Source of the DNA: Haliotis rufescens
Taxonomy: Eukaryota
Direction of reading: 5' to 3'
Length of the DNA: 64,000 nucleotides
Assembly: GCF_023055435.1 (NCBI RefSeq)
Contig: NW_025963791.1
Coordinates: 43,090,001 to 43,154,000 of the forward strand
Translations under genes and position numbers: made by a program
Part shown: positions 51,994 to 64,000 of the stretch, piece by piece
Layout of the letters: each line of letters begins with the position of its first letter
Position numbering within the stretch: the stretch's first letter is position 1
The notes under the pieces: model-generated
Database searches by the model: none
What the model saw: only the letters and a program-made list of their open reading frames with translations
What the model was told of the DNA's origin: nothing

Positions 51994-53379
51994 CTGCAAT
52001 AGACAATGTGCTATGTTACGTTAAGTTATATAATTAAAGGTTTCAGTTCGTTCCAAACCTTTGTTTCTTTGATGTCACACTTGACCTAGAATCATCATCT
52101 GTTATCATACAACACTGAGTTGAGATGCTACCCACTCACACAGGAACATATTGCTGTAAATATTATACACGAGCAGTATATACATATAGTATATACATCA
52201 ATGTCCCTATTTAACCAAGCCATGTGATGGAAATATGCCTATGTGCACATTGATACATTTCATTCACACTCATGTTCTCGAAAACAATTACAGAATTGTA
52301 AATGCCAAGTGATGTGTAAGTCTTTTTGTACATCCTTCCTGATGTCGTCCCTATTTGTGATAGTGTTTCCTCCTTGTGTATTGTAATGCCCAGCGTTGTT
52401 ACCTTGCCACAGATATATGTATCCACTTATATGTTTATCCTGTGGTATGAGAACAAAGACCATTCCTGACTATTGCTTGAGTACAGTGTCACACACTAGT
52501 GGCATCCACAAATGAATATACTATCATATTGCAAGAACATCCATTATCAAATGTGGCATTTCAGATTAAAGATATGTAATTTCTAAATGAAGTCCGTCTG
52601 CCTGTTGTGTCACAGAAAAACAGGTACCAATTTTGACACACGACATATGTATTTGAGATGGTTACTGTTAACCTTCTTAGCTTGGGGTTGTATGCTCCTC
52701 AGGGAGTGCATTCTGATCCATTGGCCGGGGAAATGATACTGTTGCGCAATAGATAATTACTTTGTTTAATGCATTGATGCATTAGTGAATGATTTTCCTT
52801 CTTCTTCTTCCACTTAAGATTATGATGTACAGATTAACATAAAAAATGCAGCAACGAGGGTTTAGGTGATCCTGGCACTGTCAGAATGGTTAGCCTAAGG
52901 GCGGTTGCCCCTCTACACACAGCCCAAACAGTGAATGGGAGAATGTAAAGACTCCATAATACTCCAGCCTTCTGCCTTACCCAGATTGTAAGAAGGGCTG
53001 TATTCCTGGCAACTCACCCGGGTACTCTCCAAATGTCAGTCAACAGATTGGGAGGTACCAAACCTAAGTCACCGAGAACAATGGGGAGTCGGGCAGAAAA
53101 TTCTATAATATAAATGATTTCATTGAATTTAAAAAAAAAGACAAGATCGGGTTTGTTGGCCTGGATACGTCTGAGGCTATATACGGGCCTATTCCAAAGA
53201 ATTAGTATTTATCATTTTCCATGACCCTTTCGACATATTCCTGGTCTTACCATAGATGGACATCTGTGTCAAAGCCACAAGCATGGCAAGGACGGTAATA
53301 AAATCATCGAGCCACTCCATCATGTCGCTTATGATTATCATTACTATTATTATTGATGTTGTTGTTTCCCAGCACTTAC

Positions 53380-53538
53380 ATTTACAATCAGCAGCATTTA
53401 TAGATCCTTCAGCTGCAGTTGTGTAGCTGTTGTTACAGGTAATGCAAGATCTCTGCCATTTCATCGGCTGGAACTCCCCTATCGGACATATCCTACATAC
53501 TTTGCTGATGTCGATGTATCTGCCTGGGGGACATTCAG
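53380..53538 (-). CDS. Receptor repeat 4
   Basis: ECPPGRYIDISKVCRICPIGEFQPMKWQRSCITC; phase 1-1. Confidence 0.9.
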
Positions 53539-53689
53539 CTGTCAAAAAGAATATTGATTTGATACCAGATACCAAAATAAAAGAAGATAAACAAGCACAT
53601 CCAGGTTGACGAAAAGGTAATATAACCTTTTAACATAAAAACTATTTGCTTTTGGTTTTAAAATAAATCTACCACAACGTGATACTGAC

Positions 53690-53851
53690 GTAAATTACAG
53701 CCGGACGACGAGGTTGTCTTGGTTCCTTCAGTGGTTCGTCCTCTCGGACATCTCTGACAGTTGTCTTGTAAATTGCGCGTCCTGAAGTAACCTTGAGCAC
53801 AATCCTTGCATGATCCGTCATCCTGCAACTCAGTGCCGGAAGGACAGCCAT
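53690..53851 (-). CDS. Receptor repeat 3
   Basis: GCPSGTELQDDGSCKDCAQGYFRTRNLQDNCQRCPRG; phase 1-1. Confidence 0.88.
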
Positions 53852-55028
53852 CTGCAACGTGGAAAATACACTGTAATTTGCATCATCCAATAAAAAGGAT
53901 CGTTGTGTTTGTGACCTTGCATCAACATATTCAAATGATTTTAGTTTATGGATAGAGAAACATATCACAAAGTTATGTGACCTATATTAGTAGGATCTCG
54001 ACTACTCAAAGTGTTCATGACAGTCACGTGAGGTACTTAATAGGGGGACGCAATCACATATTCTAATTGTTCACGTACAAAATACCAACAATACATCGTG
54101 CAGCTCAAAGTGTATTAGATCCACACAGCACGCTCACATGATGAACACATTAGATCTATATGATATACAATGTACCTCGTATCTATGAAAATCTTATCTA
54201 ATCTTACTTTGATCTTCTTATGAAAACAACAAGTATTATCTTAAACAGTATTTCAAATCTGCTGCAAATACGGTCTTTGGAAAGATAATTAATGAAAAGC
54301 TTGACGTGTATTTTGGTTTCTTCTCCTCCTATATTGGAAAAATATATTTTGGCCTGATATTTTTGTTAAAATAGGCTATGCTCAAACCAAGACATAAATT
54401 CTACTTCCGGCTTCCTAATCAGATTATCAATCGAAGCACATTGTACATATAACACTCTGTGGAAAAATACAAAAGATTTAAAAAACAATGCACTAAATAC
54501 CTGATATTGCTAAAATAATCCGTGTTATGTTCGAAAGGAGCATATCAGATGCAAGTAGATGCATAGACTGCAGAAGTATTGACAACAATACTGTGAGAAC
54601 ACTTGGTGCAATGACCTTTATAATTCAACATGTCGCATGGGAAACATATACACATATACAGACGTGTTACAGACATTCCCTTGAGAGCGCTGATTGAGAT
54701 ACGTGATCGAGCTATCCTTAGATGTTCCTTGACAAATCATGACCCAAAAAGAGACACAATGGCAACAATGAGACAATAACAAAATCAGCCACATATCATT
54801 ACTTACTTCTCGGAATGTCTAAAGAAGAAAATGAAATAACATTAAAACATTTTAACATGATGGTACGAATTGGAAATCGTTTGTGTGACCAAGGTTTCAT
54901 TGTGAAAACATACCGACGTTGATCAACATTATCACTCGAATTCATAATCAGTAGTGTCACTGCTACTGTAGCTAAGCAGATTCCTCTATTTCATCAACAG
55001 TTTAAAATGTCAACAAAGACAGACACTC

Positions 55029-56089
55029 TAAATTGTTTGATTGGCATTACTTAGAAGTTGACGGATGACAAGGTAGACACAGTTTTATGGATAACAACCC
55101 GTTTAATACTTTAAAAATTGACGTTTGGGTATAGATCCTTATACCGTTGTCAAGCAAGAATGTTATTTAGCCAATTAAACAGGATAGGTGATTATTATGA
55201 GTTCATAGATGGCGGATGGGATGAAATAGCCTTGATCTCTGTTGATTGATGGCTTGTGGCGGCGAATGTGGACTGCTTCTGTTAGTTTTCTTTTAGTGAA
55301 ATCATGGAGGTTGTCGGAGAGGATTTGGACGTTGTCCCAGTTGTTGTTGTGATTAGGACAGTTGCTGATATGGTCCAAAATGGCTGATTTTGTGTCGGAT
55401 TTATTGGTGGAGGTTTTATGCTCTTTCATTCTGGTATTTAATGGACGGGATGTTTCACCTACGAAAGATTGTCCATAGTTACAGTAAATATTGTAAACTA
55501 CACCTTTAGGCTCTTGGGGTTTAGTTGTGTTCCTGCCGTTGGCTCTTAGCAGGATCTTGAGGGAGTTGGAGCTGGTGAAGTGGGTGTCGATGTTGGCTTG
55601 CTGTTTGAGGAGGTGGCTGATGATGTGGGAGGCTTTTCCTATGGACGGGAGGGCGATGCGGAAGGGCGCTGATTCGGGTTTAAGGGTCGCAGGTCTGGGT
55701 GTGGGATGGAGTACAGTGGTGATGACTTTGTCAACGAGATTGGGTGGATAATAGTTGAGGTGGGTGAAGACATAGCTGAGGTGTTCGATCTCGGTTTCGG
55801 GGTAAACAGAAGAATGGTTGATGGCTCGTGTGGTGAGGGTGGAGATGATGCCAGTCTTGGTTCTTAGGGGGTGGTTATACTGGTCGGTGTGTTGGATTTC
55901 CGGTAGACACGGGTTTAGATTCTGTTTGTTGGGCTTCTGGAGACGAGGACATCTAGGAAGGGTAGTTGGTTTTTCTTTTTTTCGATTTCTATGGTGAACA
56001 GTCTTGCTTGACAACGGTATACGGATCTATACCGAAACGTCGATTTTTACAGTATTAAAGAAGTTGTTATCCATAAAATGGTGTCAACC
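55029..56089 (-). mobile_element. 5'-truncated Penelope-like retroelement: GIY-YIG endonuclease ORF between inverted pseudo-LTRs, 13-bp TSD aagacagacactc
   Basis: KGVVYNIYC..FVGETSRPLNTRMKEH..EAVHI..INRDQG; inverted repeats about 55073-55159 and 56002-56088; direct repeats 55016-55028 and 56090-56102. Confidence 0.9.
56003..56046 (+). ncRNA. Minimal hammerhead-ribozyme-like motif in the Penelope pLTR
   Basis: TTGACAA-c-GGTATA(cggatc)TATACC-GAAACGTC: U3-A8 core variant, helix II, palindromic ACGT. Confidence 0.55.
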
Positions 56090-56986
56090 AAGACAGACAC
56101 TCGTAATGAATTGCTGTCAGCACTGATATGCCTAATTTAAACAAACCATGATGTCATCAAAAGGAGAAACAAGTCTAAGTTAAACATCCTCAGTAAGATG
56201 GATAAGAAATTTACAGAGCCTTTGAGAGAAATTAAGGGCTTGAAAAAAAACAAGGTCCTAAATGAAAATGTTGTAAAGTGTACACCTATCAGGTCTCATT
56301 GTATTTGTACAGACAAGGTTGAGTAATGGACATAAGATGTTTTAGCTTCAAGAGTGGTCAAAGTGTAGAAGTAAAATGTTGATCAGAATTCAAAATATTG
56401 CAAAACGTAGCATATAGTATGAGCTCCACAACTGATTACACATGTATCCTATTTCGTTCTACTTTCAGTCAGATGAGATCACACCGACCATTGACAAACA
56501 TTAGGAAAATAATACGCAAGTAGGTACAAGAAGTTTGATTGCTTTTGGTACTTTTTTTAAAGGAAGTTGCAGAATATTTTGTTTCTGAATGGGGGTTGAA
56601 CACAAGCAAAAAGTTTTTGATATACTTTGATATTGTATATCTAAACTCCAGCATACGTTGGTCTGCATTCCACCCAGGTGGAGGGAACTAAACCATACAT
56701 GTCAACGGATGCAACATATAAACCAAACATATTCTATTTATTATTAGTCAAAGGCTAACCAAAGTTTGGAATGTATATATTGATAATATTCATTGTGAGT
56801 CACTTGCATAGCTCATTGTACTCAGTCACATTACAATGTCCTGACTATGTAGTCCCGAACTTTAGTAGTTAGTAGAGAAAAACGTCACACGATAGTAGGT
56901 AGCGGTGATTCACGAACAAAGGCAAGCATGTCTCCAGACGGTAGTCTACACAGCATAGTATTATTTTTACATTAAACTGTACTCAC

Positions 56987-57142
56987 TGAAACATTTAGTT
57001 TCATTGTCTGTTCCCACCACTCTGGTTCTTTTGAGTAGAGGACATGGGTAGCAGAACGACTGCCCCTCCTTCTCCTGGTAGTAGTCACGTGGACATGGGC
57101 TACAGCTGCTGCCTTGGAAGTACTGACCAGCCGGACATTTGT
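56987..57142 (-). CDS. Receptor repeat 2
   Basis: DKCPAGQYFQGSSCSPCPRDYYQEKEGQSFCYPCP; phase 1-1. Confidence 0.9.
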
Positions 57143-57981
57143 CTGAAAAATACAAACCAACAGTAGTTTTAGTGTCCTGTACGAACACCATTCGTTCAAT
57201 TATAGGAAGGTCTTGCAGAGCGTGGACTTGGCAGCCCATGATGTAAATCCCACTAGTTGGTGCTGCCCAAACTCATCATACTGCCACCAACAGCTTGATC
57301 ATATAATCATAAGTGACTTCTCTATTCAGTTCTTCAAATAGTCACCAACTTATCGCGAGCAGCATCCTACAAATTGGGATAACAGTTTGAAAATCATTAT
57401 GGATGCTGTTGAACCATATGCCAAAACTGGGTTAAAACTGGGACCCTGGTAAATATCTTTCTGAATGGGTTAAGTCAAGATAAACTTGAGAAACATCTTC
57501 ATTCCTGACCCATTGGGAATTTGTTACTTTTGTGGTGATCACAAGTATAGTTGCAACTACATATTGACAAATTGTGAAAAATGAAGGAAAATGCTGAACA
57601 ACATTCAGCCCTCAGCAAGATTTCAAAACGTTTTATGGTAGACATTTTGAAGGTTTTGCCATATTTGACGCATCAATAACACAAAAATGTCCCTACTCGG
57701 AATTTACCCGCACGGTTACGTTCCCGTGGTTTATTTGACCATTTAATTCGCTTTTGCTATTGTTTGTGTGTGTGCGCATGTGAGTGAGTGAGTGAGTGAG
57801 TGAGTTGGGTTTGAACAGTTTTCCAGATATATCACGGCATGTCAGTTTCATATTGGAGGAAAGTCGGCAGTAATGCTTGTCTTTGACGATTACCACTTTG
57901 TGTTTGTGACGGGTGCCACCAGTGGCGCAGGATATACTCACCTTGTCGCAACAACCTGGCATCATCGCTTAAGGTACTTAC

Positions 57982-58140
57982 CGACACAGCTGGCTAGAGC
58001 TTTTGCACCAGGTCGGAGAGTGGTCTTTACTCCACAGGACTTGCAGGAGGTCTGTGACGACATGTCTGAGTAAGAGCCTACTGGACACAGCACACACATG
58101 CCGAGGGAGGAGTTGAAGAAGGACCCAGGACCACAGGCAA
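57982..58140 (-). CDS. Receptor repeat 1
   Basis: VACGPGSFFNSSLGMCVLCPVGSYSDMSSQTSCKSC; phase 1-1. Confidence 0.9.
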
Positions 58141-58262
58141 CTGGAAGACAGATGGGCAGTCATTCTCTACATACGTGCAACCCGCAAATATAAGGTGGGA
58201 GTTAGATCATTCTCCCCTACCAGATGCTAAGAATGGTACAGACATGCAATGCAGCTACTCAC

Positions 58263-58350
58263 CACAGTTGTTGGTACCGACTGCTTCATCACAGGATGCC
58301 TTGAGGACAACAACCACCAGGTCCTTCTGTAGCACACTCTGACCGATGTC
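58263..58350 (-). CDS. Receptor module 1 exon c (DIGQSVLQKDLVVVVLKASCDEAVGTNNC)
   Basis: tttcag/gtgagt; phase 0 to 1. Confidence 0.82.
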
Positions 58351-58422
58351 CTGAAAAACACAAGAGTTGAGAACTACACTGAACCGATGAACATGATGAT
58401 CACGACTGAAATCAACGAATTT

Positions 58423-58652
58423 TTGGTTGTTCAATGCCGCACTCAGCATTTCAGCTATATGACGGCGGTCTGTAAAACATCGTGTCTGGAACAGACAATC
58501 TAGTGAGTGACGCATGAACATTGATCTACACACTTGGGATATGATGACATGCGTCAACCAAGTCAGCGATCCTGAACAGCCGATCACGTTAGGTGCCTGT
58601 TACGACATGAAGGGTTGCTGAAGACCAATTCTATCCCGCATCTTCACTGGTC
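58423..58652 (-). mobile_element. SINE-like family B, full length, diverged
   Basis: Head gaccagtgaaga and the shared tail. Confidence 0.8.
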
Positions 58653-60076
58653 TTAATTGAATAACACTAAAGTAATGATGCCACTGAGTGATTGACAAAT
58701 GCGTTGAATAATACCAGCGTAAGATCATAACAGTAATGAATGTCCTCAATAACACCACATTGATGTAGACAGTAATAGTTTGAGTAACTCAACAGTACGG
58801 TAATAACGGAATGATACAGTCTACATAAGTCCACACTGATGTAGCAGCTGTTGGAATGTGGAGTTCCCAAATAATACCACAATAATAAAGCAAATGATTG
58901 ACTGATCGATGTCCAGAAGGAATATTAGAGATTTTGCGAATAACAGAATGATTAATTTCCTTAATCAATTACACGTCCAAGTAGGGCAACTATTATTATA
59001 ATGAATAAACAGCCACAAATACTCAACTGACCAGGTAAAATCACGCGAAATATCAGTCATCACAAAATCAATTCCAAAGTGACATCAAATTTAAAGAAAT
59101 AAAACCTTCAGGAAAATGTATTTTCATATCGTCTTCTAATGTCCTAAGCTTTTGAGGTCTCAGGCAAAATACTGTAAACATTGGACATGTTTAGCAAGAC
59201 AGTCTATTTCATATGCCAATTGCACTCTCTTATATTCGAGTTATATGTCGGCAGAATGCAATTACCCATTCGTCACCTCTCGCCCCTTTTCCGTAACCTG
59301 CAAGAAGACTCTTACCCCTATCGACGAATGTCATGTGCGACATTACCACGAACCAATCTGAATGCGGGTATGACTTCAAGTACTTTGGTCAAAGAATCAC
59401 TCAGGACTAATGTTTGATTTTACGCATGTCGTACATCTAAAAATATACCAAAGATACAGTTAAACGTTTCTCAATTTACTTTATAAAAACTGTAAGTCCC
59501 GATGTGTTTTACAAAGCTTCTGAAAATATACAACATGGATAAAATATACGTGAATCATTACGAAACTATGCCCGTTGGCGTTAAGACGGAACCCAGGCGC
59601 AAAAAATGTCCGCGAGAGGGGCACGAGTCGCTACTCGGCTTGTCCCTGAAGAACACGAGTTGGTTAGGAATGCACAATGACCCCCTACTCCATCAGGATC
59701 TCCGCAGCTGTACAGCAATGACTGGTTTGCATAGACACTTGCACACACAGTTATTTCCTGCACCTTGACAAAGGTTTTTTCAATAAAGATAAATGAACGT
59801 CACAGCTTTGTTTTCGGCCTGTGAGTGAGTTAATGTTGCCTTTCAGACAGGTCACAGCAACCTGTTCATAATGTACCCTTGTTCAGTCTGTCTGTCTGGA
59901 TGCATGAGTATGAACACTTTATCCCCGTGGAAGTCAGTTTAATCCATGTGTACAGAGGCCCACCTCTGAAGCGGCATCATGACACGTTTTTTTCACGACA
60001 CTCTGGACAGGTATCTGTGTTTTCCTGGAAGGAAGGGTTGTGTTCACCGAATGACATTAATTTTGCTTTTACTAAC

Positions 60077-60179
60077 CGTGAACTTTGAATCACTCAAATC
60101 GTTACTCTCAATGGCTGTAATCTTGATGATTTCGGCCGGTGATAGTGTTATGGTTCCGTCTTGCTTGGCTATCACGTTT
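60077..60179 (-). CDS. Receptor module 1 exon b (NVIAKQDGTITLSPAEIIKITAIESNDLSDSKFT)
   Basis: caacag/gttagt; phase 2 to 0. Confidence 0.8.
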
Positions 60180-60406
60180 CTGTTGAAAGGAAATATGGGA
60201 TACATTTGGATCCAATTTTCTATCTGTTCTGCTTGTTAATAGTAAGTTCATACAAACAATAATGATCACAGGTGTTTCCTTGGCGCAACTTATGAACTTG
60301 TTTAATAATAAACTGATAAATATGCATTAACTAATATATAAGATATGTTATTCAGATACAAACATTCAATTTGTTAAGATTTCTTAACACCCCGTTTTCG
60401 TCTCAC

Positions 60407-60635
60407 CCCAGTTTTGTCAACGTGGCACTGACAAGTATTTTCGTTGCTTCACAACGTCCTGTAGCAACCAAGTTTGTGCAGGCATCAACACACAGCCCCG
60501 GCCACCGCACAGAGAGGGTATTCACAAACTTGCTCCTCAACTCCCTCAACAAGCCGTCCTTCAGGAAGTTGGAACAGGTTAATGTCATCTGGTAGATGAG
60601 GCTGAACTCCACTGAATACTTTTGCATAGATGTTG
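60407..60635 (-). CDS. Receptor module 1 exon a, SEA-like
   Basis: ...RWPGLCVDACTNLVATGRC...SATLTKLG; phase 1 to 2. Confidence 0.85.
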
Positions 60636-60749
60636 CTGAAAACATAACACATATGATTCAATATCCATTGCTTATACGTTCCGTCTTTCCCTTGATTTCC
60701 TTATTTCCTTCGTGATTATATAGTTAGTACTTATTGTGCAGGTCATGAA

Positions 60750-61140
60750 CATGTTGGACATGAGATATATGAGGTTTTGCAACTTTAATATAAGACCAAG
60801 TTGCAGAATATCTTTTGCACTTTTTTTTTCAATATAATCTCCATTCACCTCAAAACATTTGTCCAAGCTTTTAATACCACTTTTATAGAAATTTTAAAGA
60901 TAAGCCCTCTAACCACGCCAAAGCTGAGTCGGGGCTGTACATTTAAATCACCCACCCTACAGCCCAGACTTAGCCCCAAGTGACTAATTCCTGTTCCTAA
61001 TAATTGAATCTGCAACCAAGTGGAAGACGCTTCCAGGATAACGAGGACAAAAAGGCTGCTGCGGAGGCGTGGTAAGAGGGCCAATCTGCGCATTTCTATA
61101 AACGTGGTATTAAAAGCTTGAAGGAAAATAGAATAAGTGT
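60750..61140. mobile_element. Mariner-like remnant with internal inverted segment
   Basis: Minus-strand KCFEVNGDYIEK resembles a mariner transposase C-terminus; taataccacttttatagaaat is inverted near 61090. Confidence 0.45.
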
Positions 61141-61164
61141 ACTTCATTCTGAATATGCCCCCAC

Positions 61165-61350
61165 CTCCACAAGCAGGCGGTGTGTACAATGCCAACGGGT
61201 TCTCGAGGTTATATGACCCAAGTTTGCCACAACGAAGAATATTTGGCGTTGGGACGGAAGGGGCTTGGCCCGCGGGGCAGAAGTCACGAAAAGCTGTCGT
61301 TCCACAAGGTGTGGAAGCCGAGAAGCCCTCTGTGCTGCACGTGCTTGATC
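61165..61350 (-). CDS. Receptor sushi/CCP-like exon
   Basis: ...FCPAGQ...ILRCGKLGSYN...PPACG; phase 1-1. Confidence 0.8.
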
Positions 61351-61692
61351 CTAAAATAAACAGAAAGATATATTTGCAATAACAAGTACTCGACATGTTG
61401 TGTTTCTGTGAATGTTCAAAATATATAGTATATAAAGTATACAGTAGCTCATATATAGAGAAATTCACAAAAAAAACATGACACGAAATGCTCTCCTACA
61501 TGTTTCAGTTCTGTCTTCTCCCTGAACATAACACTTAAACATGTAGACGAAAACAATCGTGTCGTGTCATTATTTGTGAATGTTGTTGACTTAATTTCAA
61601 ATCGATGAAGGAGAGAATATGGATGGTTCAACGTAACAACTGGTGATACCTGCAGTACGGCACGAGGTGTGTGGGGGACACAGGAACCTTAC

Positions 61693-61788
61693 CTCTAATG
61701 TAGACCTTGAATCTGCACAGTCCAGGATTTCCTTGGCTGTCCTTGGTAGCATACACCACGTCATACCTGCCTCGCATCATGAGTTCAT
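61693..61788 (-). CDS. Receptor HYR domain, second half (GRYDVVYATKDSQGNPGLCRFKVYIR)
   Basis: HYR consensus G..V.Y...D..GN...C.F.V; phase 1-1. Confidence 0.88.
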
Positions 61789-63056
61789 CTGGAACAGACA
61801 CTCTAACATCGTCACACCTGCCTTGTCTGCTGGGCGTCCCTCTACATATGTCACATCCCTCATCACAACTAAGAGCTTGTGAGTACCAAGGGCATTTTGA
61901 CTGAACTAAACCAAATGAGTCCCTCTATACTTTAAACACCAAACCTTCTAAAGATGTGAATAAGTATTAGTATTGTTCAATAGATAGAGCTTTGACAGCA
62001 ATGTTTCATATACTATTTTCAAAACTCTTCATCACTATTCCACTACAAAATACAACACATTATGACCTGCTCAGTATAGGATGGCAATCAACCAAGTCAC
62101 CAAGTCAAAACAAATATAGGCTGATTTGTTTATGGATTCCAACAGGAATGTATATATTATATATTATAACATTATATATTATAATACAGCACTTATCCAG
62201 GTACTAGCATCTGCTCAAATGCGGGTGATTTGTACCAGGGCCAGTGAATCTGTATGGATTCGTGTTGTCATTCTCAACTCCCTGGGGAGTATACAACCAA
62301 AGCTGCATACAGGTGCTAACGGTTTTGACATTGACATATGACGTGTTTACGTCAAGAAATACTGAATGGTCAACGAGCTATGCTCCGCAAAAGGAGTCCT
62401 GATCCAACTTGTTATTGACTTAGACATGCAGACTATAAAAATTACAAAAGCATCTGAATAGGACAGGCCACATATATAATCCATGCCTGATGTGTGTGTA
62501 AAGGTTCATCTTAAATTATTGAACGGTTCATGAGATATGCTCTCCAACTCACAACTAGTTGCCATGGAAACGCAAATTCGATGTTAATCCTAAATAAGAA
62601 AAGGCCAGTAGAATGCATGCCTGATGTGTGCATGCACAGTTTCAAGGATAAATAGTAAACATTCACGAGGCATCGGAAACGAAAGACGGATAGGACGAAC
62701 GAACGGACAGACCGATAGAGACAGTTTCCTTGTATCCGTTAAACAGTAACAAACACAGAACAGCTATTCTGCCAGAGTAACGATATTGGTGTTCGATGGT
62801 CTGTGTTAGTGTATGCAGAGCAAGGGATATAGAATATCCAATCACCTTGCTAACATTTTTTTATCGAGGTTTTACTAATGGTATTCAATGGTTTTTATAC
62901 TATCTAAGCCACATCGACAAGATCACTTGAAAGTGTACATATTAGTTTGCTCATATTGGTACAAATGTAGTAAAAGTGTGCGTTTACACATATCACTTAA
63001 TTTCTGAAGTAAATGGGCATTTCATTGATTGAAATAGTTGTAAACGTGTCATTCAC

Positions 63057-63194
63057 CTGTGAATGTGCTTGATACTGTGGCGTTACCGTCTGTAGATGGC
63101 GTTGTGTAGACGGCAATTGCCTCCACCACGCGAGTGCTCACGTTATACAAGATGTCACTGGCAGGACAGTTATTCAGAATTGGCTTCGTCTTGT
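63057..63194 (-). CDS. Receptor HYR domain, first half (DKTKPILNNCPASDI...YTTPSTD)
   Basis: HYR consensus D...P.I..CP.DI; phase 1-1. Confidence 0.85.
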
Positions 63195-63289
63195 CTGTGG
63201 AAGGCACAACACTGGTTTATTGTAATATAATGTCACAGTCAACATTTAAAAATGAGTTAATATAGCATATCCGTATGTACATAAGGATA

Positions 63290-63428
63290 TCCATATTTAC
63301 ATACACATGTAATCATTTTGATATTTACATGAACATATCAATATTTACATGAACATATCAATATTAACATGAACATATCAATATTTACTCAACATATCAA
63401 TATTTACATCAACATTAACATTTACATA
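63290..63428. repeat. Short AT-rich tandem repeat, about 20 bp (atatcaatatttacatgaac)
   Basis: Direct reading. Confidence 0.8.
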
Positions 63429-64000
63429 CAGGTCAATGACCACTTATTCTTGTGCCTACACTTTTAACGTCAGATGCATTCAGCTTTTGATATTAAGGAT
63501 CAATGGTAAGATTTCATTGACAGCAATATTAGTCATGCATACATCACTTTCTCCTATCAGTGGTTCAGTACTGTCGACTGTTGCCTTCGCCGTTCATTCA
63601 AAAAAGGTCTTCAAACGCTCATATTGTGTCATTTTCATTGGTGTGGGTGTTCAATTCGTTGCGTAACATTTCTCTACTTTTGTGTTTTCCCTTTGTACTT
63701 ATTTCTCATACCGCAATGGCTATCATGCTCTAGTAACTGTGCCTTGATACATCTAAATATTTCTAAATACTGTTTCGCTATCTGCCGTCCTTCCTTTCGT
63801 TCACGATGTTTCACTATGATTGATGATGCGCCATATGTAAGACCCAAACATTACGCATCATCATCTATACTCCCAATTATCTGAAACAGTATATTCTCTG
63901 GAACATCTCTGATCTGTATACTGTCTGTTTGCCGCCTCATCACAAATGTTTCAATATATTTTATACTTAACAACAAAGTTAGATGTTTAAAGATGGTGTG

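Larger units (their letters stand above)
26935..63194 (-). other. Gene span (5'-partial): large type I membrane protein with HYR, sushi-like, 2 SEA-like modules, 20 ephrin-receptor-like (GCC2/GCC3) repeats, EGF, TM and Tyr-rich tail; SVEP1/uninflatable-related domain set
   Basis: 32 GT-AG exons join in frame with matching phases (4,967 nt, about 1,655 aa) to a TAG stop; additional small exons may have been missed. Confidence 0.88.

Noticed and set aside
62380-62760. Possible Helentron/DINE-like non-autonomous remnant
   Set aside because: Only vague resemblance; termini could not be defined

Overview
AT-rich, intron-containing animal genomic DNA. The SINE repertoire suggests a mollusc, probably a gastropod such as abalone (inference only). 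The right 37 kb hold the 3' part of a large minus-strand gene, reconstructed by hand as 32 GT-AG exons with consistent phases (63194 to 26935, about 1,655 aa, 5' end outside the window). It encodes a type I membrane protein: HYR, sushi-like, a three-exon SEA-like module, 19 tandem ephrin-receptor-like (GCC2/GCC3) Cys repeats at one per phase-1 exon, a second SEA-like module with RRKR, repeat 20, EGF, TM, CCCC and a Tyr-rich tail. Three of its 5' splice sites have been duplicated independently: two by minisatellites built on the exon/intron junction and one by a SINE target-site duplication. At the left end are two exons of a C-type lectin domain gene. The rest is repetitive DNA: large minisatellites (which produce all the long ORFs in the track), several SINE families, degraded CR1-like and Nimb/I-like LINEs, a Penelope-like element with hammerhead motifs, a Ginger1-like non-autonomous element and MITEs.
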